From positions 1 to 12,977 of the forward strand of contig CAZUFC010000185.1 of assembly GCA_964619725.1 (NCBI GenBank): a stretch of 12,977 bases of DNA, written 5' to 3'. The stretch is from an uncultured bacterium (GTDB taxonomy: Bacteria; CSSED10-310; CAZUFC01). The notes beneath the pieces were generated by a model. The model was not told the DNA's origin. It made no database searches and saw only the letters and a list, made by a program, of their open reading frames with translations. Position numbers and translations under genes: made by a program. Below are positions 8,527 to 12,977 of this stretch, piece after piece. Position 1 is the stretch's first letter. Every line of letters starts with the position of its first letter.

Positions 8527-8671
8527 ATCGCATTCGCCGGCTGAACGCCGGATCGCCCCATGGAATCTTGCGTGTCTCCCCCGGAATCGCCTTCGGCAGC
8601 GGATTGCTCAGCAGGTCCTGGATGAATGTGTTGCCATGGCCACGCTCCTTGCAGCGTTCATGATCATTCAT
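8522..8671 (-). pseudogene. N-terminal stub (49 codons) of a probable class I SAM-dependent methyltransferase
   Basis: MNDHERCKERGHGNTFIQDLLSNPLPKAIPGETRKIPWGDPAFSRRMRF*. KIPWxDPxFSxRM matches the N-terminal motif I recall for a methyltransferase family. It starts 53 nt downstream of the stop of the co-oriented 8725-11706 gene and is too short for the ORF track. Confidence 0.55.
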
Positions 8672-8724
8672 TTCACGCCGTTAATCGAGACTGATAGATT
8701 CTAAACGCCGTCCAACGCGTCAAA

Positions 8725-11706
8725 TCACACAGATCGGTTCCTGCGAAATGAATATAGAACTAAAAATCCGCTCAGGATCAGTATCGCTATGCCCTGGCCA
8801 ACAGGGGTAGTCGCCGGTATCGGCGCCGGTGTACAGGTGGCTGTCGGAGTTCCCGGTGTCGGCGATCCTGTAGGGGTTTCAGTGGGCGTATGTGTGGGAG
8901 TCATGGTGGGAGTCATAGTGGGTGTCGATGTGGGCGTATGTGTGGGAACAGCGGTGGGCGTTTCCGAGGGGGTTATTGTGGGAGTTGCTGTGGGTGTGAC
9001 AGTTGGAGTGGCTGTGACCATGAGCTTCTCATCGGCGCCGATATCATACCCGTTGTTCATGGGCCGGATTTCGCCGTCAATGTCTTCAGACGGCAGATTG
9101 GGGTATGTCGCTGTATTGTTCGTACCTTGATCGATACACGGGCTGGTGTAAGTAATATGATAATCGAACGGGTCGCCTCCGATGAAGAGAGGATTTTGGT
9201 TAAACAGGCATGCAGTGCAATCGACTCCGGAAGGGCAACTGGATGAATTTATTGCGCAGTAATCCATGACGACATCTATAAATGCGTCGCGCAATCCGAC
9301 TTCAGGTTCCGAAACATCCGCCGTATTGCCCCACAAAAGGCAGTTTACCAAATCAGGTCCCGCCGTATAACTCAGAATGCCGCCGCCCCGATTCGTTGCA
9401 TGATTGTCTGTAATTGTGCAGTTCGCCATGACCGGTTCGTTACGGTAGAATGCGACGCCTCCTCCCCATCCGGCGGAGTTGTTTGATATGATGCAATTGA
9501 CGATATTCGGGTTCGTTCCGGTCTCTCTGCAATAAATCCCGCCTCCTAAATCATCACAGAAGTTATGGTCAATTACGCAGCTCGAAACGGTCGGCGACGC
9601 CTGCTGAATAAAAATTCCACCGCCCTGGATGGCGGTATTGTCTATGACGTTGCATCCTTCAATAGTTGGAGACACATCCTGAATCAACATTCCGCCGCCA
9701 TAGCCGGAGGCGTTGTTTCTGATGATGCAATTTTCAATTACCGGTTCGGAGCCGTACCAGATTGCCAGAGCGCCGCCTTTGTAATCCGCCTGGCAGTTTT
9801 CAAAAATACAGTTAGTTATCAAGGGGGTTACAGTGTTGTTTGAAAATTCGATAGCTCCACCGCAGTTTGCAGTATATCCGTTGCGAACCGTAATACCCGA
9901 AATAACCGCTGAGGTTTCGGTCGAATAGAAGCGAAATCCCCTGCCAAAATTTTCACAATCGATAACGCACAAAGTTGGATTATTATCAATCGATCGCACG
10001 GTGATATTCTTTCCGCCAAAGTCAAGGTTCTTGTTTGCCGTTCCCGTGTATGTTCCATTATTCAGCATCACCGTTTCACCGGATGAAGCAAAATCGATTG
10101 CCGATTGAATATCGCAGAACGCGACATCCCCTACATACACCTGCTGGGTTGCAGTCTGCGGCGAGCAGCAATCGATGTGAATATCAAAGCTCCCGCCGCC
10201 GCTGCCGCCATCCACAACGATATGGATAGGGTTGACTCCGTCCCAGGCGATGGAAGCCAGATTGGAATCCGTATGCAGGCAATCGAGATCGGAATCACAA
10301 CCGCTTAGAATGCTGACATAATAATCGGAAACCGTTTCATTGGTAAGATACACTTTGACAACATCGCCGGCCGCCATTGCTGTTGTATCCATTTCGAACC
10401 ATATATCTTCGCCGACGTACCCGCATGCGGCGGCGGATGATTGATCTGTCAGTCCGGCGGTCAGTATGCCGGACATCGCATACCCGCAACTGATCTTTGT
10501 TCGGGGTACGCATCCATCAGCAGCTGGCATGAATTCGTCAGCGCCGATATCATATCCCCCATCATAGGGCCGGGGTTCATTTTCGTAATCGAAATCCGGC
10601 AGCGCCGGATATGTGGCGGAATCGCCGGTTCCCTGATCGATACATGGACTGCCGGAGTTTAGAAAATACGTTCCGCTTATAAATTGGGGGTCCTGGTTGA
10701 AAAAACAATTGCTGCAAACAACATTTGCCGGGCAGGAAGACAGATCATAGCTGCAGTAATCCGTTTGAAGTGAACCGGAACCGAGATGGCGAACCGGCAT
10801 TGAACCTGTATGGCCGAATATGATGCAGTTGACTAAAGATGTTGTCGAGCCATAGTTATTGATGCATGCGTACATACTCACCACTGAGCTGTTTTCAGCC
10901 AATGTGCAATTCATGAGCTCCGCGGCAGCTTCCTGAAGATAAAACGCTCCGCCATAAACCCCCGAGTTGTTTGCAAAGATACAGTTGAGATATTCAGTCG
11001 ATGAACCATTGTACGCTGCAACTGCGCCTCCGTCGCCGGACGAGCTGTTGCCATCAAACAGGCAATTGGTGAAACTCGCGGATGCATTCATGTTTATGCA
11101 TACGCCGGCGCCATCCGAATTGGAACTGTTTGATTGAATGATGCAGTTGGTGAAAGCCGGAGAAGAATTGAGAATATCCACACCGCCTGCGGATGACGCG
11201 TCATTGTTCATGATCACGCATCCATCGATTATTGCCGTGGATCCGTTTGCGAACATCATGCCGCCGCCCGTTTGCGCGCTGCAGTTGACAACTTTGCAAT
11301 TGATGATCGTCGGCGATGCGCCGTTACAATAAATGCCGGCGCCGGACAAAGCGGACTGGGTGGCGTTATCAACCTTAATGCCCCTCAGAATGCTGCTATG
11401 GGTTTCTCCGGAGTGAAAATAGAATCCCCGATTTGAGGCGAAGGGCTTGATCACACAATTATCAGGATTATCGCTGATGGATCTGACTGTGATGCTTTTT
11501 CCTCTGAAATCAATATTCCTGTTTCCATCAAATGCATAATTACCATCGGCAAGCCAAACTGTTTCTCCGTTCGATACTGCATCGATGCCGTCCTGTATCG
11601 TCGTGTAATCTCCACCACCTGATGGATTGACAACCACATCGGCACAAACAGGCCATTCAATTGCAATCAATACGAGTAACATTATAATCCGACAATGCTT
11701 TTTCAT
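8725..11706 (-). CDS. Secreted/surface-anchored protein with two right-handed parallel beta-helix (pectin-lyase-like) modules, Pro/Thr linker and IPTL-CTERM-like sorting signal
   Basis: Start re-assigned to ATG 11706 (purine-rich RBS; signal MKKHCRIIMLLVLIAIEWPVCA). There are two modules, each (T/D)IQ..ID...GETV.L..G.Y....N.DF.GK.ITVRS, then GG(A/G)/N-ladder repeats, then SPCIDQG...RP...GYDIGADE. The C-terminus is IPATTPVG + hydrophobic helix + RRNR. Confidence 0.85.
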   Translation of the reverse strand: MKKHCRIIMLLVLIAIEWPVCADVVVNPSGGGDYTTIQDGIDAVSNGETVWLADGNYAFDGNRNIDFRGKSITVRSISDNPDNCVIKPFASNRGFYFHSGETHSSILRGIKVDNATQSALSGAGIYCNGASPTIINCKVVNCSAQTGGGMMFANGSTAIIDGCVIMNNDASSAGGVDILNSSPAFTNCIIQSNSSNSDGAGVCINMNASASFTNCLFDGNSSSGDGGAVAAYNGSSTEYLNCIFANNSGVYGGAFYLQEAAAELMNCTLAENSSVVSMYACINNYGSTTSLVNCIIFGHTGSMPVRHLGSGSLQTDYCSYDLSSCPANVVCSNCFFNQDPQFISGTYFLNSGSPCIDQGTGDSATYPALPDFDYENEPRPYDGGYDIGADEFMPAADGCVPRTKISCGYAMSGILTAGLTDQSSAAACGYVGEDIWFEMDTTAMAAGDVVKVYLTNETVSDYYVSILSGCDSDLDCLHTDSNLASIAWDGVNPIHIVVDGGSGGGSFDIHIDCCSPQTATQQVYVGDVAFCDIQSAIDFASSGETVMLNNGTYTGTANKNLDFGGKNITVRSIDNNPTLCVIDCENFGRGFRFYSTETSAVISGITVRNGYTANCGGAIEFSNNTVTPLITNCIFENCQADYKGGALAIWYGSEPVIENCIIRNNASGYGGGMLIQDVSPTIEGCNVIDNTAIQGGGIFIQQASPTVSSCVIDHNFCDDLGGGIYCRETGTNPNIVNCIISNNSAGWGGGVAFYRNEPVMANCTITDNHATNRGGGILSYTAGPDLVNCLLWGNTADVSEPEVGLRDAFIDVVMDYCAINSSSCPSGVDCTACLFNQNPLFIGGDPFDYHITYTSPCIDQGTNNTATYPNLPSEDIDGEIRPMNNGYDIGADEKLMVTATPTVTPTATPTITPSETPTAVPTHTPTSTPTMTPTMTPTHTPTETPTGSPTPGTPTATCTPAPIPATTPVGQGIAILILSGFLVLYSFRRNRSV
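8821..9015 (-). repeat. Pro/Thr-rich (TPTx)n linker
   Basis: TATPTVTPTATPTITPSETPTAVPTHTPTSTPTMTPTMTPTHTPTETPTGSPTPGTPTATCTPAP. Confidence 0.9.
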
Positions 11707-11830
11707 CTCTCCCCTCTCCCCCACGAATGATGAATCGTTCTTCAGCGATTATTTATGCTCCACTTTATGGTGCAATGTCAATTACTCCATTTTCTTTTCA
11801 TTGCCGCACTGCAACTGCAGAGGCAATCTG

Positions 11831-11928
11831 GGTGAGGTGAGGTGGGTGATAGGTGAGGTGGGTGGGGTGATAGGAATTTCGGTGAGGTGATGGTGAAGTG
11901 AGGTGATGGTGATAGGAATTTCAATTTC
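11831..11928 (+). repeat. Array of variable-length 5' prefixes of GGTGATAGGAATTTCAATTTC
   Basis: Parses as GGTGA|GGTGA|GGTG|GGTGATA|GGTGA|GGTG|GGTG|G|GGTGATAGGAATTTC|GGTGA|GGTGAT|GGTGA|AGTGA|GGTGAT|GGTGATAGGAATTTCAATTTC. Confidence 0.85.
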
Positions 11929-11989
11929 ATGCCTAACCTCCTCTCCCTTTTCAAATGATGTTAAGAGGGCTGAAAGGGTGTTTAATTCC

Positions 11990-12041
11990 CTTTCTCCTCA
12001 TCGACAAGTGAAGAATTCTTCACTTGTCGATGAGGAGAAAG
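11990..12041. repeat. Perfect 52-bp palindrome with no spacer
   Basis: CTTTCTCCTCATCGACAAGTGAAGAA|TTCTTCACTTGTCGATGAGGAGAAAG is its own reverse complement. Confidence 0.97.
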
Positions 12042-12312
12042 TTAACAAAAAAAGAAAAATAAGTCAAAGTGAAAAAATTAACGGGAAAACATCTTCTAAT
12101 AGAGGTGAACTTGTCAAGAGAATAAACCAATATTTTGCCTTCGAAAAACGCTTTTTTTCACCTTGCAAGTTCTTTACTTACCGATAACCTTTAAACGGCC
12201 CAAGATCAGAACGATCACGTTTCTACTGGGTTTTAACTTGCGATTCATTCATGCGTCGTTTGGGAAATCTTCAGCTTCTCCGAAAGTGTTGTTTTTTATT
12301 TTTTAGAAACTT

Positions 12313-12554
12313 CAGAGATCGTTAAAAAGTGGTGAAAAAACAGTGGATTTTTTGGACGTTGGGTCATTTTATTAAACCTATTAAAATCATATAGTTAGAC
12401 CAAAAAGAGATGATCAGACAATTCGCCGGCATTGACTATCGTATTGAATTTAAATAGTTTTAAAATGTTTGTTTTTGCTCGGTTGTCCAATTTTAGAGAT
12501 GCTGCTCAACTAATTGTATTTAAATGACTTTAAATTTTGACTTAACGAAGACTG
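12313..12554. mobile_element. 242-bp non-autonomous MITE with imperfect TIRs and 5-bp target-site duplication
   Basis: The left TIR is CAGAGATCGTTAA (12313-12325). The right TIR is TTAACGAAGACTG (12542-12554; reverse complement CAGTCTTCGTTAA). AACTT directly flanks both sides (12308-12312 and 12555-12559). Subterminal TTGGAC/GTCCAA are inverted, and the interior is AT-rich with no credible ORF. Confidence 0.8.
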
Positions 12555-12931
12555 AACTTACCCTTCCTGCTTTCCGAAGTCTTGCAAACTCGCTTCTTCA
12601 ATGCGGTATGCAGAGCTTTCGCGCTGCACCATACATCCAAACAGGCTCTGCGCGGCCAGCTAACATTTCGCCATGCCGCGTCGTTCTGCAACATGCTTCA
12701 GCGTATCGCAGAACCGGCGCTAGAAAATCATCGGTTCCATAACGGTCTCATTCATAAAAACGTCGGAATAACGCAAGAGCGTTTCCAGTAAACCAAGAGA
12801 TGCCGATATGGGCAGCTCGACAATAGAAAACACCAAAAAATTCAATTAAAAATCTCATAGATGAAGCGATTATAAAATCCATTCGATTTTTACAGAATTA
12901 TTTTCCAAACATCAATTCCTCCTTGTAAGTT

Positions 12932-12977
12932 CAGAGTTCGTTAAAAAAGTTGCCCTGAAGGCAACAGAAAATCCATT
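12932..12977 (+). mobile_element. Terminal end of a related IS/MITE running off the right edge
   Basis: CAGAGTTCGTTAAAAAAG..., preceded by AAGTT, the reverse complement of the MITE target AACTT. Confidence 0.65.
12943..12965 (-). terminator. Intrinsic terminator-like hairpin inside the right-edge element end
   Basis: Minus strand GTTGCC-ttcag-GGCAAC followed by TTTTTT. Confidence 0.5.

Noticed and set aside
11750..11781. TTGACA (-35) upstream of the beta-helix gene
   Set aside because: There is no convincing -10 hexamer at 16-18 bp spacing.
11903..12791. Short ORFs 11903-12187, 12524-12742 and 12582-12791
   Set aside because: The first two cross the palindrome or the MITE boundary, and none shows a clear RBS or a recognisable domain, including any transposase motif.
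12898..12926. Strong minus-strand RBS AAGGAGG followed by ATG at 12912
   Set aside because: It reads only MFGK*, and I recognise no protein in the downstream frames. It may be a decayed gene start, but this cannot be supported.

Overview
Bacterial genomic window with four long genes, all on the minus strand: a TreS-maltokinase fusion truncated at its C-terminus (40-2331), malQ 4-alpha-glucanotransferase (2333-3907), a secreted collagen-stalk fibre protein with an FGE-sulfatase/CLec-type tip (4219-6330), and a secreted protein with two beta-helix modules, a Pro/Thr linker and an IPTL-CTERM-like anchor (8725-11706). The two gene-poor stretches (about 6.4-8.7 kb and 11.7-13 kb) hold the unusual signals. 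(i) A family of CAG(N3)TCGTTAA transposon ends bounds both window edges, cuts treS, and delimits a complete 242-bp MITE with a 5-bp AACTT target duplication. (ii) A 180-bp repeat occurs in tandem and as a diverged inverted copy, with variable NTCGNN hexamer tracts, beside a decayed four-helix-bundle gene joined tail-to-tail to a probable methyltransferase stub. (iii) A symmetric IHF-like/TCAAA-N3-TTTGA site. (iv) An array of 5'-coterminal truncated copies of GGTGATAGGAATTTC. (v) A perfect, loop-less 52-bp palindrome. No transposase, reverse transcriptase, CRISPR array or RNA gene was found. All family assignments come from motif recall, not database searches.
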